A DNA stretch of 64,000 nt from Tortispora ganteri (lineage: Eukaryota): contig PPNB01000001.1 of NCBI GenBank assembly GCA_003707115.1, positions 310,001 to 374,000 of the forward strand, in the 5' to 3' direction. Position 1 is the first letter of the stretch, and every line of letters starts with the position of its first letter. The position numbers and the translations under genes are program-made. Below the pieces are notes generated by a model. That model did not search any database. It was not told the DNA's origin and saw only the letters and a program-made list of their open reading frames with translations. Below are positions 1 through 11,161 of the stretch, piece after piece.

Positions 1-2757
1 TTCTGTAAGTGCATCTGGTGAATCTAGCGAGCTCAACTGATCAATTAATTCAAGAGTGTATGCTTTCTCCCACAACTTGAGTTTCGATGCGATCCGTACA
101 TCTGCCCATGTCAAAATGCGTTGAATTCGGCCAGATAAAGGTATGATGCTATGAAACTCTTCAGAGGCAAAAATCACAACCTTAGTCATAGCAATATTTC
201 GTGTAAGAGCTGGGTAAGTAAACATTTTCCCAAATACAGAATACATAACGTTCAGAGGAGAAATCAACAAAAATCTTGATGCACGGAATGGTAATTCATG
301 ACACTCCAAACCTCTGTCAAGCTTATCTTCAAATAAATCCAGTGGAAATCTTTCCAGCATAGATTTAAATTGTTTTAAGCCATCGATGATAATACCTGGG
401 CCCATGAAAGACATGAATTGAACTAGAATATGAGCAATAAGGCTGGAGACTTCAGAAATCGCAAAATTTATAGGGATGCACTCTAAAGAACATATTCTGA
501 TAAGAAGGTGAGGTATTTTCACATTGTCAAAATTTCTAAAAACTTCATTAGTGGCAGTCATGGAGTCAAGGAAACGGACCATGCATTCGATACGCAAAAC
601 ATTTGGAGACTTCAGAGTTAGAACTTCACGAAGTTGGCGGTTACTGGAATTCCATTCCGAGCCGAGCACTATCTCAAGGTCACTACTAACATTCGAAAGC
701 ATATCCACTAGTACCTCAAGTTCGGAAACAAATGATTCACATATATTTCCAGCTAATTCAGGTTGATGTCTCATCAGTTCTCCACAGATAGTAGCTAAAT
801 GATTAGAGTAATCATGCGCAATAATTTCGGCGCAGCATTCTGTATATTGAAAAAGTCGAAATATTTTCCTGAACGTGTCGGATGATTTAACAATCTCCAA
901 ACCAGAGTTATTAAGACAAATTGCCTCGGTAATTTGGAAAAGAGAAGTCAAGAGCTCGGGATATGGTTGAACAAGATCATCAAGAGAGTCCACAAACTTT
1001 AGTGGGAAACTCAGCTCCTGTAACATGAAAAACGAAGTAGGTTCATTATTTATAAATGCAGTAATTATACCAATTGCAGAGGTGACAATACGTGCACCAA
1101 AGATGTGTACATTCTGAACCACGATACTAAGAGAACTTAGCAGCTTTGATTCAAATATTCCTCTGAGTCTATCAAAAAGACCAGAGTTTTGCTGCATATG
1201 GTGTAGGAATTTAAGCGAAAAGCGTAGAAGGGTCAAACCACTTATGTTGAGAGCAGGATCAATTGAAGGATATTTAATCTTAAGCTGGATTTCAGAAGCC
1301 TGCTCCATTGACTGGGTGACCTCACGGTGGATTATATCCACCAACACCTGCAGCCCGCTACATTCATAAAATGCGTCAAATGCAGCAGGAACATAAGATA
1401 TAAGGTTATCAAGAACAGTGATAACAGAATAAACTGTAGCAGTCATCGAAGAGTGAGTGTTCATGATGCTAGTCAGCACAGGTACTAAGCCTGAACTAAC
1501 TAATAAGTGTCCAGGACTATGGGTGGCAAGGACACTTGTCAAGGAACAGTACCCTATATGAAGCGCTTGATTCTCTGATACTCCATCAGTAACTTCGCGG
1601 AGAATTCTGCGAAATATATATACTAATGTTCCATGATTAACATTGGCTCTGAATGCTCCAAATATTTCAGATATCATTTGAGGATAGAGCGTTATAGCCT
1701 CAAGAGCTTCAAGGGCGGCCAGTCGTAAATTCCGAGCAACATTTTGGTCAGGGTGAGCAACCAACGCAAGGTCTTTTATCAACATAGGCTGTGGATTCAA
1801 TATCCTAGTCTCAAAATTGTGAAGATACGAAGTCAACGCAAGAAAGCTGATCGCCAAGAACTTGCAAGTCAATAGTTTAGAACGTAGCTCAGCAGAATCG
1901 ATAGAATTGAAACATGATTTAGCTACCAAGATACTAATAAAAGCTTCTTTCGGGTCATAATTTTCAAGTTGAGAAGAAGCAAGGTATTTTAAAATATCAG
2001 CTAAAGACTTGTACCTTATTTCTGTGGGATTCAAAGTAAGGGAGAATATATCACCAGGTTTTGAAGCAGACGAGTGGCCATGGTTTGGCTTATTAGGCGA
2101 TAAAATAGTGGTGGGAGCGGTAAACGATGAGAAAGATGTTGTCCGGCTTTTCGTAGGAGGATCATAAGTGGAGGAAAGCAAGTCAGAAATGCTATGAGAT
2201 GTATTATGCGACAAATTTGAGGGGAATATGGAAGCATAACTGAACAGATAGTCTTTTAATAATATGTTAACTGATGATTTGCCAGCATGATGCGAACTGT
2301 ATCTATGAGCGATTCGATGCGCCACAAACATAGAGTTGATAATGACATCCATATCGCTCGCAAACATGAGATCGGCCAGGCGGTCAGCGCTATTGTATAA
2401 GCCACGACTGGAACAATGATCAAGCAACATTAATGTGAACTTGAGAATGTTATTCAATATAGTTATTTCGCCAATTTCGAAGAGTAGCAATGGGGCCGAA
2501 CCGGTATCAACGCGAGATCGGGCAGAAATTATGAGAGACTCCATTAACTCATCAAATATATCCAGAACAGGTATCCAATTGTACAGATCTCCACGAGGGA
2601 ACTTCCATTCAAAACCAAACTTTTCAATTAAATGAGAATAGTTTTCAGCAGTTTTGTCATTTTTGTTCAGTAAGAATTCATCAATAAATGCCTTCGCCTC
2701 ATCGGGAGGCTGAAAGAGCACCCTTTCGGAGGAAGGCAATGTTTTCTGCACCTTCAT
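1..2757 (-). CDS. TOM1: HECT E3 ubiquitin ligase Tom1/HUWE1, N-terminal part (continues beyond window)
   Basis: Not in the ORF track. ATG at 2757 reads MKVQKTLP...WKFPRGDLYNWIPVLDIFDELME...ILKFTLMLLDHCSSRGLYNS, the DUF908-type N-terminus of Tom1/HUWE1. Only the 5' part was translated by hand; extension to the window edge is assumed. Confidence 0.88.
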   Translation of the reverse strand, partial: MKVQKTLPSSERVLFQPPDEAKAFIDEFLLNKNDKTAENYSHLIEKFGFEWKFPRGDLYNWIPVLDIFDELMESLIISARSRVDTGSAPLLLFEIGEITILNNILKFTLMLLDHCSSRGLYNSADRLADLMFASDMDVIINSMFVAHRIAHRYSSHHAGKSSVNILLKDYLFSYASIFPSNLSHNTSHSISDLLSSTYDPPTKSRTTSFSSFTAPTTILSPNKPNHGHSSASKPGDIFSLTLNPTEIRYKSLADILKYLASSQLENYDPKEAFISILVAKSCFNSIDSAELRSKLLTCKFLAISFLALTSYLHNFETRILNPQPMLIKDLALVAHPDQNVARNLRLAALEALEAITLYPQMISEIFGAFRANVNHGTLVYIFRRILREVTDGVSENQALHIGYCSLTSVLATHSPGHLLVSSGLVPVLTSIMNTHSSMTATVYSVITVLDNLISYVPAAFDAFYECSGLQVLVDIIHREVTQSMEQASEIQLKIKYPSIDPALNISGLTLLRFSLKFLHHMQQNSGLFDRLRGIFESKLLSSLSIVVQNVHIFGARIVTSAIGIITAFINNEPTSFFMLQELSFPLKFVDSLDDLVQPYPELLTSLFQITEAICLNNSGLEIVKSSDTFRKIFRLFQYTECCAEIIAHDYSNHLATICGELMRHQPELAGNICESFVSELEVLVDMLSNVSSDLEIVLGSEWNSSNRQLREVLTLKSPNVLRIECMVRFLDSMTATNEVFRNFDNVKIPHLLIRICSLECIPINFAISEVSSLIAHILVQFMSFMGPGIIIDGLKQFKSMLERFPLDLFEDKLDRGLECHELPFRASRFLLISPLNVMYSVFGKMFTYPALTRNIAMTKVVIFASEEFHSIIPLSGRIQRILTWADVRIASKLKLWEKAYTLELIDQLSSLDSPDALTE

Positions 2758-3214
2758 GGCTAATTCAATATATGATAATTGCACTGGAATACAGTAAAAA
2801 TCTGAAATGTGAATAATCTCTAAATCAGGGTGGAGTAAAAAACCAAATCGCCTAAGATGATGTCAGTCTTGGATGTATAAGGGCAAAAGCGAAAAAGACA
2901 AAAAAGTGACTGGGAGCTATTAGTAACGACTGCCTATAAATTGTGTTATGCGTGATAGAGACTGGAAAGTATATTTATAGAATTTTCAAACACCTATGTA
3001 TTACGACAATATGCAAATCTGTTGGGCAAATAATTGGCAACTGAAATAGGCTCATAAGCAGACTTGAGTGTCGAATTTATAGTATGAATGAAGGAAAGGT
3101 AAGTGGGAAGGTCTAACATAAAACGCGATTATGTCGGGGCCGTTGAAACGGTTTTCATTTTGGTTAAAGCAGGGTAAGTGAATTTCATTAGAATTACTAC
3201 TGTATTGACAGATT

Positions 3215-5212
3215 TTATAAAGAAAGGATATTAAAGTCAGCCAAATATGCATACGCCTCTCCTGAGTTTCTAATTATGCAGTAATGCTTTTGTAAATCAA
3301 GTTTCAAAGATTCATACTTCTTGGTTAGGACGGCACCAATACCGGTAGAGATACCTCTTCTGAGATTGTGACCTCCATAAATAACATAACCAAGCAAATG
3401 ATCAGGTGTAGGATTCAAATTCCGATTTAACAAGAGATGCTTTCGATCATAAGATCCCAGCAAACTTGCTGTTACATAATATATCCTTGCATTTGGTTTG
3501 ATTGAACCTCTGCCTGCACGTGTCACTTGAATTAATGTTAGGCTATTCTCGTTCGTAAGAACTGCATCAACCACCTTTAATTTTTCCTGTACCGAGTATT
3601 TGAACGACAAAGGAAGACTTTGTGAAGTGGTCAAGTATTGCCAGTCGCAAGCAAAGGGATTGCCTATCTCTCCTCGGTTAGAAGGATCGATTCGTACTTT
3701 TTCATACGCTAATCGTTTAGCTCGAGGCTTTCGTGCAAACTCTTGATAATTAGCAGCAGCATTATCAATACTGGAAATTATTCCAGCAGGAGTTGTAGGG
3801 CAGAAATAGGGGAATTCGTATGTGCCATTTTCAAATGCAATCTGTTTCAGCTGCGTTTGTCCACCAAACATCACGTGAGGAGCCTTGTTTAGCGATACCC
3901 AGAACCGTAGAACCCATCTCCAAGGGAGTACAAGTGTTAGTTGGGATGAGCTGTCTTTTAATATGAGAGCAGGTATTTTGATCTCATGATTGAGAGTGCC
4001 GGACGCGTGGTATGGGTTTTCAGATGTTAGAGGTGCTTTTTCTGTACCTAAATCAAGCACCGAGAGACCCGTTCCATCTAAGGCATACTCATTCCAACCA
4101 TTTAAACAGTCAATCAGCGTTACTTTAGACCGCTTCTTGTGAATTGAGTGCTTAATGTAAGGATCTATTAGATTGGTTTGGATTGCCGCAGCGTTGGGGA
4201 GATGCCTCTGGTCGTTGTACTGCCGTAAGACATTCCACAATATTTTTGTAGAATGACTGGATTCACAAGGTGTGCATACAGAAAAAATAGCGGCTAAAGC
4301 TTTAGGGCCAGTCAATTGAATTGACCCAAGTATGAATCTGTAATCGAATAAAAGACAATCAGAAGGGGCAGAAGTCAAGTAGTGCCAGCAGCTATCAAAA
4401 ATAGCCGGATGCACACGAAACAGCACAGATGGGTTAGTTGATTTAAATACCCATACAGTAGCAGGACCAATAATTCTATTACATAGCGATATGTAACTGG
4501 TATGCGCGCGGGTACCGCAGTCCGACCGTAGGTACGCGTCAACAGAGGGCATAATCGGGGACAACAGGGCGACAAGTTGATCAATTGACCCAGATATCTT
4601 AATGGAAGAGTAATAAGATGTATCAAAGACAACACATCCACTATTTGTAGACATTCTATGTATAGGTCGGGCACATTTTAGAGTAGGCGCAGTGGGTAGA
4701 GCAAACCCGAAGAGCGTAGAAATGTGAGCACGTTTGGCATGCCACACATGAGTAGGTAACCACATGCGATGCATTTGGCGATTTTTAAAGCGTGGATGTA
4801 AAATAGGAAATTTTACAAGCTGACGACTTACAGACAATAATCGATTAGTGTGATACTCTTTAAGTTCTTTTCTAGCCAATTTGTTCAAATACGAGATGAC
4901 AGCTGCCCTTCGTTTCTGTGCCTTAACTGACTTTGTGCGTCGAACTATTGGTACCGGAAGATTAGCAATTTCTCTTAAAGCACGGTCTCGTAAACGTTTA
5001 GGCACACGTTTCGGGTTGTGGCTAGCTGTTCTTCTTCTTAAGTGACGCGGTAATTTCTGAAAAGCTCTCTGAGACGAGTTCGACTTGGACGATAGCGACG
5101 CATTGAGTAAAGAAATTTCATTCTTTCGTGCTTCAACAAATTTGGTAACATCAAGCACACCATTAGAGAATGAATCGTCATTTGATGCTAGCTTTAAGGC
5201 ATCTTTCGACAT
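3215..5212 (-). CDS. POP1: RNase P/MRP protein subunit Pop1
   Basis: FQKLPRHLRRRTASHN and WLPTHVWHAKR motifs; POPLD-like C-terminal region. Confidence 0.95.
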   Translation of the reverse strand: MSKDALKLASNDDSFSNGVLDVTKFVEARKNEISLLNASLSSKSNSSQRAFQKLPRHLRRRTASHNPKRVPKRLRDRALREIANLPVPIVRRTKSVKAQKRRAAVISYLNKLARKELKEYHTNRLLSVSRQLVKFPILHPRFKNRQMHRMWLPTHVWHAKRAHISTLFGFALPTAPTLKCARPIHRMSTNSGCVVFDTSYYSSIKISGSIDQLVALLSPIMPSVDAYLRSDCGTRAHTSYISLCNRIIGPATVWVFKSTNPSVLFRVHPAIFDSCWHYLTSAPSDCLLFDYRFILGSIQLTGPKALAAIFSVCTPCESSHSTKILWNVLRQYNDQRHLPNAAAIQTNLIDPYIKHSIHKKRSKVTLIDCLNGWNEYALDGTGLSVLDLGTEKAPLTSENPYHASGTLNHEIKIPALILKDSSSQLTLVLPWRWVLRFWVSLNKAPHVMFGGQTQLKQIAFENGTYEFPYFCPTTPAGIISSIDNAAANYQEFARKPRAKRLAYEKVRIDPSNRGEIGNPFACDWQYLTTSQSLPLSFKYSVQEKLKVVDAVLTNENSLTLIQVTRAGRGSIKPNARIYYVTASLLGSYDRKHLLLNRNLNPTPDHLLGYVIYGGHNLRRGISTGIGAVLTKKYESLKLDLQKHYCIIRNSGEAYAYLADFNILSL

Positions 5213-5290
5213 CTTGTTCTGATGTCGAAAAGTTCGAGATGGGAGTCTTCGCTACAAGGGAGATTAATATGAATATATGATTTATTCGAG

Positions 5291-5764
5291 TCAAATGGCT
5301 TTGTTTAAAGAGAATTCAATGCCTGTAGATTCAGAAATTTCTTTATTTAGAACATCAAGTAGATTTGAATTGTCCCTGAGACTTATCCATTCACCATTAA
5401 TCAAATCATATCGGTTCGGTCCAGAAATAGGACTAGAGAGCCAAATTTGCTTATTCGGTGGCTGTTTATTAACAACATAGGTCCCTACCCCAGACAATTC
5501 TATTGTTAATATGCCCTGTGAATATTCACAGTCTATCGATGGATACTTTTCAATGAACTCTTCAATATCGTCACATATGCTCTCTAGTGTGGTTCCGGAT
5601 AAATGGTGGTATTCTGATTCGCTGAGATTGTCGGGCTTTGTTTCAATTGAGTAAAATCTACGGTTCACATCTAAACGTCGTGTATATATCGCAACAGGAC
5701 GTTTTAAATACGGTGATCTAGATTTGATTAGTAATCCACAGAGTTTAGCTGCGCGTTTGTACAT
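5291..5764 (-). CDS. YFH1: Frataxin, mitochondrial precursor (probable start ATG 5764)
   Basis: GILTI..GTYVVNKQPPNKQIWLSSPISGPNRYD; basic presequence-like start MYKRAAKL. Confidence 0.93.
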   Translation of the reverse strand: MYKRAAKLCGLLIKSRSPYLKRPVAIYTRRLDVNRRFYSIETKPDNLSESEYHHLSGTTLESICDDIEEFIEKYPSIDCEYSQGILTIELSGVGTYVVNKQPPNKQIWLSSPISGPNRYDLINGEWISLRDNSNLLDVLNKEISESTGIEFSLNKAI

Positions 5765-5944
5765 TTTGCCAACACAATCGGATGTCGCAATATAATCTCT
5801 TTCGATGGAACCATACGGAAACTCTATTTTTTTAGCGTCAGGTTCCATTGTCATAAAATAGCATTCTATCAAGCTCGTCAAACAGATGTAGATTGTTTAG
5901 TACAGTAATGCAATTCACACCTATATAAAATGTCTGACATGTTA

Positions 5945-6901
5945 TTATTTCGTTAAGCTCTTTGAACTTTCAATCATTTTGGGGAACTCTTGGATAACGA
6001 TGTTGCACGAGAACTCTTTGCAAAGCTGCCTAGGCTCGTACTTCAACAAAGGCAAAAATTCTATTCCGGCACTGTTTTCAATTGCACTAATATCCACTTC
6101 AAAGCTTTTAAGAGGAACTTCATTTGGAATTGCTGTGTTAGGAAGTATAAAGGCAGCAAGCGCAGCTCGCTCATCATAAGGTTTGGACTTATGATGCTCT
6201 GCAACTATGATCTTGAAGAAATGCGTTGGTACTGCAACGTTTGGTGGGTTACCGATCATTTCATACTGAACAATATACTTGCCATTGTCCATCTTTTTCG
6301 GTAGATATAACGGTCCAGTAACAATTCTAACGTCACGATACTGCTCGGTAAGTCGACGACAAAAATCCTCCAAGTGTGCCCAATAGTCCCGGTTGAATCC
6401 ATCCCCTACCTGTGGACACATATTAGTCAAGTAGAATGTTTCATCCATAGCCTCCTGTGAGAACTTCGCGTCTGCAGCAGGAGCTTGATGTCCACGATCA
6501 TAGCCCGATCTGAAATAGTCTCTCAATAAGGCGCGGAACCTACTAGGTATACTTTCGTCCTCTTTGAAAACAGATTTCTTGCGATCGCCGTTCCTAGTTT
6601 TCAGCGACTCCGCTGTTATATGCTCTATAACCCAGTTCGGATTTCTAGTTCTGCGGTCATAACATCTCACATACTCATTATATCTTTTGACATCGTGGAC
6701 TGGTGCTGGAAAACCATACTTGAAATATCCTTCCGGTTCAACGATCGAAACTGTACCTTGAGCGCCTTTTCCTCGATCTATTCCACCACCGATTGGTCTA
6801 CCTGTTTCAACATTTTCCTTCTCTTTTTTATCCTTACACAATCCAAAAAATCCAGCACGTAAAGGCACAGCAGCTACAGCGAAACGATACGAGGTCTTCA
6901 T
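5945..6901 (-). CDS. NUC1: Mitochondrial endonuclease G-type nuclease
   Basis: SGYDRGHQAPAAD catalytic motif, FNRDYWAHLE, VAVPTHFFK. Confidence 0.95.
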   Translation of the reverse strand: MKTSYRFAVAAVPLRAGFFGLCKDKKEKENVETGRPIGGGIDRGKGAQGTVSIVEPEGYFKYGFPAPVHDVKRYNEYVRCYDRRTRNPNWVIEHITAESLKTRNGDRKKSVFKEDESIPSRFRALLRDYFRSGYDRGHQAPAADAKFSQEAMDETFYLTNMCPQVGDGFNRDYWAHLEDFCRRLTEQYRDVRIVTGPLYLPKKMDNGKYIVQYEMIGNPPNVAVPTHFFKIIVAEHHKSKPYDERAALAAFILPNTAIPNEVPLKSFEVDISAIENSAGIEFLPLLKYEPRQLCKEFSCNIVIQEFPKMIESSKSLTK

Positions 6902-7132
6902 TGTTCGAAATCCGATTTTAATACTTGTCGTACAAACAAGTCAAAAAATATTAAAGTTTCTTCTCCTCCGCGTAAACCTAGTTCATTTCCACCGCGACGT
7001 ATCGTTGTTACCCTACACTTACAAACTTCATTTAACAATCACACCGACTTGGAACTGCTGAGGAGTCCCTTTTTTGTACACTTGCTGTTACTGTATTTCT
7101 TTAGAAAGTTGAACCCCCTTCTATTCGTAATA

Positions 7133-9283
7133 ATGACACAAGTACATCAATTACCGGAAAACTTTGTTGAAGTAAAACCTCTGAACTCCTTGCCGGTTAA
7201 TAGGAATGCTCCAATAGTGATAGATTTTGGTACGGGCAACGTTCGCGCAGGATACGCTGGTTCTGACAAATTCTTAACTTTTCCTTCAATAGTCTCTAAG
7301 TTTCGCGACCGGAAAAATAACACACCTTATCTGCTGATAGGAAATAATGCATTTCGAGATGCCCAATCTAGACAAAATCTTAAGACTCCTTTCGAAGGCC
7401 CAGTGATCTCAAATTGGGACGCCGTCGAGTATATACTTGACTATTCATTCTCAAAGCTGAATGTTGCATCGTCTGGATATGTAGAAAATCCTCTACTGAT
7501 AAGTGAACCGCTAGCTTGCCCTAACTACCAGAGGAACTATATGCAGGAACTTATTTTCGAACAGTATAATGTTCCCTCTGTGGCATACGGTGTGGATTCC
7601 CTGTTCAGTTACCGCTACAACAATGGCACAGATGGCATAGCTATCAATTGCGGGCACGAGTCAACTACTATTATTCCTGTATCTAATGGTAAAGGTATAA
7701 TGTCGCTTGCGAAACGCTTGAATATTGGCTCTCACCAAGCTTCGAACTTCTTATTAGCATTACTGCAGCTCAAGTATCCTGCGTTTCCAGCGAAGTTAAG
7801 CTCTAGCGGTGCAGAATACCTTATGAAAGAGTTCTGTTATGTGTCCTCTGAAAACTATCGCGAAAACATCGAGAACTACCTCAACCTTGATACTATAAGC
7901 GAGAATGACATCGTGGTCCAGTACCCATATGTCGAAACACAAGTAGCCCAAAAATCCGAAGAAGAATTGGCAAGAATAGCCGAGCGGAGGAAAGAAAGCG
8001 GAAGAAGATTAAAAGAGCAGAATGCCAAGGCACGTCTTGAGAAGTTAATGCAGCGGGAGAACGATCTAGAATACTGGAGCAGAGTACTTGAGCAGTACCA
8101 AAATGCTACGACAAAGCGCGAACAAATGCATATATTGAACCGTGAAAGTCTCAAAAGTCTTAATGAACTAGAACAAAACATCAAACAGCTGGAAAAAGTT
8201 ATAAAGCGCTCGCGAAAACAAGATATCGGCGATGATGATATGGAACAAGAAATCAATGCGCCAAAAACAGACCTTTTGGATATTCCTGATGAGCAATTGA
8301 ATGATGATCAAATTAAGGAGAAGAAAGCGCAAAAGTTGCAAAAGGCTAACTGGGATGCCAGAATGCGCGCTAAAAAGGAAAAGTTAGATGCCAAAGCTCT
8401 TGCAGAGGCTAAGGAAAGGGAAGACGAAGAACTTCGGAAGAACAATCTTGAACGCTGGCTGGAATTACGAAGAAATGAGTTGTCTCAACTTGTGGATCGC
8501 TTGAAGGAAAAAGAAAGATTGAAAACGGACCTTTCTAATAAACGGTCAATAGCTTCTCAGCAGAGAATGAAAAATATCGCCAACTTGGCCTCTGATTCTT
8601 CGAAAGGTAAAAGAGGTCGCGGGAAAGACGATGATGATACATTTGGGGCCAATGATGATGATTGGGGAGTATACAGAGATATCGCTGCTAATGAGTCTGA
8701 TGAAGAAGAAGAAGAGCAAGAAATATACAAAGAAGTTGAGCGAATAGAACAGTTGCTACTGAAATACGACGAGTCCTTCACATACGAGTCTACCCTTGCG
8801 CATGCCAATGATACCAGCAAGGGCCTTATAAACGTTTTTCTCAGAGGTGGACAAGCGTTTGATCCAGAATCTAAAGCTGAAGCATACCAGTTACATTTGA
8901 ACGTTGAACGAATCAAAGTTCCTGAAATTTTGTTCCAGCCATCTATGGCCGGAGTGGATCAAGCTGGAATTGCAGAGATTGTCTCAAATATACTTAATAT
9001 AAAGGACATTTTTTCTACTAATTCCTACGATACTTTTTTGACTGGTGGATTTTCACTGCTCAAGAACTTAGATAGACGACTCCACAACGAGTTAATTGGA
9101 ATGCTACCTTGGAAGTCCAAATTGAATGTGCGCCGGGCTGCTGATCCAATTGGAGATGCATGGCGAGGTATGTCGTCATGGGCCAATGAGAAGTCCTCCA
9201 GCAAATACTTTGTCACTAAAGCGCAGTATGATGAAATGGGGTCTGATTACGCGATTGAACATGGTTATGGTAATGCTTTCTAA
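7133..9283 (+). CDS. ARP5: Actin-related protein Arp5 (INO80 complex)
   Basis: Actin fold (IVIDFG, LTGG), long charged insert, DDTFGANDDDWGVY, QLHLNVERIKVPEILFQP; first ATG at 7133. Confidence 0.95.
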   Translation: MTQVHQLPENFVEVKPLNSLPVNRNAPIVIDFGTGNVRAGYAGSDKFLTFPSIVSKFRDRKNNTPYLLIGNNAFRDAQSRQNLKTPFEGPVISNWDAVEYILDYSFSKLNVASSGYVENPLLISEPLACPNYQRNYMQELIFEQYNVPSVAYGVDSLFSYRYNNGTDGIAINCGHESTTIIPVSNGKGIMSLAKRLNIGSHQASNFLLALLQLKYPAFPAKLSSSGAEYLMKEFCYVSSENYRENIENYLNLDTISENDIVVQYPYVETQVAQKSEEELARIAERRKESGRRLKEQNAKARLEKLMQRENDLEYWSRVLEQYQNATTKREQMHILNRESLKSLNELEQNIKQLEKVIKRSRKQDIGDDDMEQEINAPKTDLLDIPDEQLNDDQIKEKKAQKLQKANWDARMRAKKEKLDAKALAEAKEREDEELRKNNLERWLELRRNELSQLVDRLKEKERLKTDLSNKRSIASQQRMKNIANLASDSSKGKRGRGKDDDDTFGANDDDWGVYRDIAANESDEEEEEQEIYKEVERIEQLLLKYDESFTYESTLAHANDTSKGLINVFLRGGQAFDPESKAEAYQLHLNVERIKVPEILFQPSMAGVDQAGIAEIVSNILNIKDIFSTNSYDTFLTGGFSLLKNLDRRLHNELIGMLPWKSKLNVRRAADPIGDAWRGMSSWANEKSSSKYFVTKAQYDEMGSDYAIEHGYGNAF

Positions 9284-9610
9284 TGACAGGGCATACGAAA
9301 TGAATATTGGACAATACACTTTTGAGAATCTGAATACAAAGATGTATGCTTATGTTGCATTTCCTCAGATATGAATTCTGGAAGTAGAGATGGCATTGTT
9401 GTATTGGTTATGAAAATTTGGCCGAATAATTCTACTCACTGTAAAGGCGAGTATATCGACGGGAGCAAAAGACTGAATGTAGAGACTATCGAAGCCAACT
9501 GCACGCGAATCCAACTATTATGAGATATGAGTTTGTTCAATATAATTAGAGAAATGTATAAATCTAAATAGTGGTGCTATGTACCATAATTGGTGTACAA
9601 TGCTGATTCG

Positions 9611-9985
9611 TTATTTGATTTTTACGCAAGAGCACTGATCGAAGTCTTGTTGTTGGATAGTTGCACCTAGAGTTTCTGCAAACTCTTGAGTCTGCTTAGC
9701 AAGTTTAACGTCTTTAATACTTAAAGCATTAATCTCATGTGTTGTCCACGTGACTTCAACGTGTCTGAATGTGTTCTTGATAGTAGGATGGTGGTTCGTA
9801 GCTGCTGCACGTAATGAGATCTGAGTGAGGAAAGCACAAGCAGCGTGATAAGTAGGGAACATGTATAGGGCCACTAATTTCTCATTGTCTAATCGAAAAC
9901 CACAATCTATAAGAGGTCTCAACAGTTCTTTTCGCTCAGATTGGGCTAGTGGTTGTGCCATTCGCAGTAGATAGGTGTATCGCAT
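9611..9985 (-). CDS. Pterin-4-alpha-carbinolamine dehydratase family protein
   Basis: NHHP..V.W.TH...LS.KDV.LA signature. Confidence 0.85.
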   Translation of the reverse strand: MRYTYLLRMAQPLAQSERKELLRPLIDCGFRLDNEKLVALYMFPTYHAACAFLTQISLRAAATNHHPTIKNTFRHVEVTWTTHEINALSIKDVKLAKQTQEFAETLGATIQQQDFDQCSCVKIK

Positions 9986-10079
9986 TAATAGAGGTCACTA
10001 AGTACAAAGAGTTTAGCCAGGTCCCACCTATTTCTCACCCACACATTGTTTATACATTCAAAATTAACCACAAAATAAA

Positions 10080-11069
10080 ATGGACGATTACAGGCGATTA
10101 AGCATATCTCCGATGCAAGTAGATAGCGATTACAGCTCAGACAGAATGGATATAAGCGATGAAAAACCGTTTAATAATAGTACTCCATTGCAGTCGAATA
10201 TATTCACCAAACTGTACCCCAAAGATTCTCCTTCGAAATCTCAAAAACCTGCCAGCAACACTCCCATAAATCTTACTCAACTAGCTATTCACACCGAAAT
10301 AGATTCAAAACAAGCAAGTTTGCCAAAAAAGACGGTGCTATCTCCTGCAAAATCCAAATCTCCTGTAAAGCAAAGACCAGCATTGCTTCGATACGGCACG
10401 GATGATGAAGCTGTCGATGAATCAACACAGTTTACTCAAAAGCAACAACAACTAACTGAACCACAACCACATTGGCTTGTGCAGAATCACGCCTTGCCCT
10501 TTGTATTTAGTGCATATCTTCAGCTTATATTTAATCTCATACTATCTTCGCTCTTTGTTTACCTGATCGCTACATTTGTTCTTACAATTAAAAGCGATGT
10601 CGATGCTAAAGTGGACGAGTACTCCGCGAAGATCTTGGAAGAAATAGCACAATGCACGAATAAATACCTCGTAAATCGGTGCGCTCCTGGGACTAGAGTA
10701 GAAGCTCTAGAGGCGCAATGTGAATACTGGGAAAAATGCATGAAACGTGATCCCGCCGTCGTAGGCCGTGCTCGCGTTGGCGCAGAGACGTTCGCCGAGA
10801 TAATAAACAGTTTTATAGAACCAATCACTTACAAAACCATGTTTTTTTTTCTCATAATGGTTTTTGGATCTCTGTTTGTGTCTAATGCAGCATTCGGGTT
10901 TTGGAGGTCGAAAGTATCTGCCCCGGAACCAACTGTACAGAACCCTTCGACTTCTATGTTAAGTTCACCAGCAACACAGCATCATAGCACCGCAATTCAA
11001 TCGCCAGTACCACATACTCCTGCAAAGAGATTGACTTCCCCGAGCAAAATATGTCCTCCTGATAGTTAG
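10080..11069 (+). CDS. BRL1: Brl1/Brr6 nuclear envelope protein
   Basis: YLQL.FN TM helix, four-Cys C..Y..N.C...C..WEKCM motif, AEIINSFIEPI, second TM. Confidence 0.9.
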   Translation: MDDYRRLSISPMQVDSDYSSDRMDISDEKPFNNSTPLQSNIFTKLYPKDSPSKSQKPASNTPINLTQLAIHTEIDSKQASLPKKTVLSPAKSKSPVKQRPALLRYGTDDEAVDESTQFTQKQQQLTEPQPHWLVQNHALPFVFSAYLQLIFNLILSSLFVYLIATFVLTIKSDVDAKVDEYSAKILEEIAQCTNKYLVNRCAPGTRVEALEAQCEYWEKCMKRDPAVVGRARVGAETFAEIINSFIEPITYKTMFFFLIMVFGSLFVSNAAFGFWRSKVSAPEPTVQNPSTSMLSSPATQHHSTAIQSPVPHTPAKRLTSPSKICPPDS

Positions 11070-11161
11070 GACTCGCCCCACAGGGCTCTACATTTTCTAA
11101 ACGTACAATCATAATGAGATCACGATATCTATCTGTCCACAAAGAAAATAAAGAATATTAA

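Noticed and set aside
9371..9523. 50-codon ORF between ARP5 and the PCD-like gene
   Set aside because: No motif or promoter evidence; within chance length.
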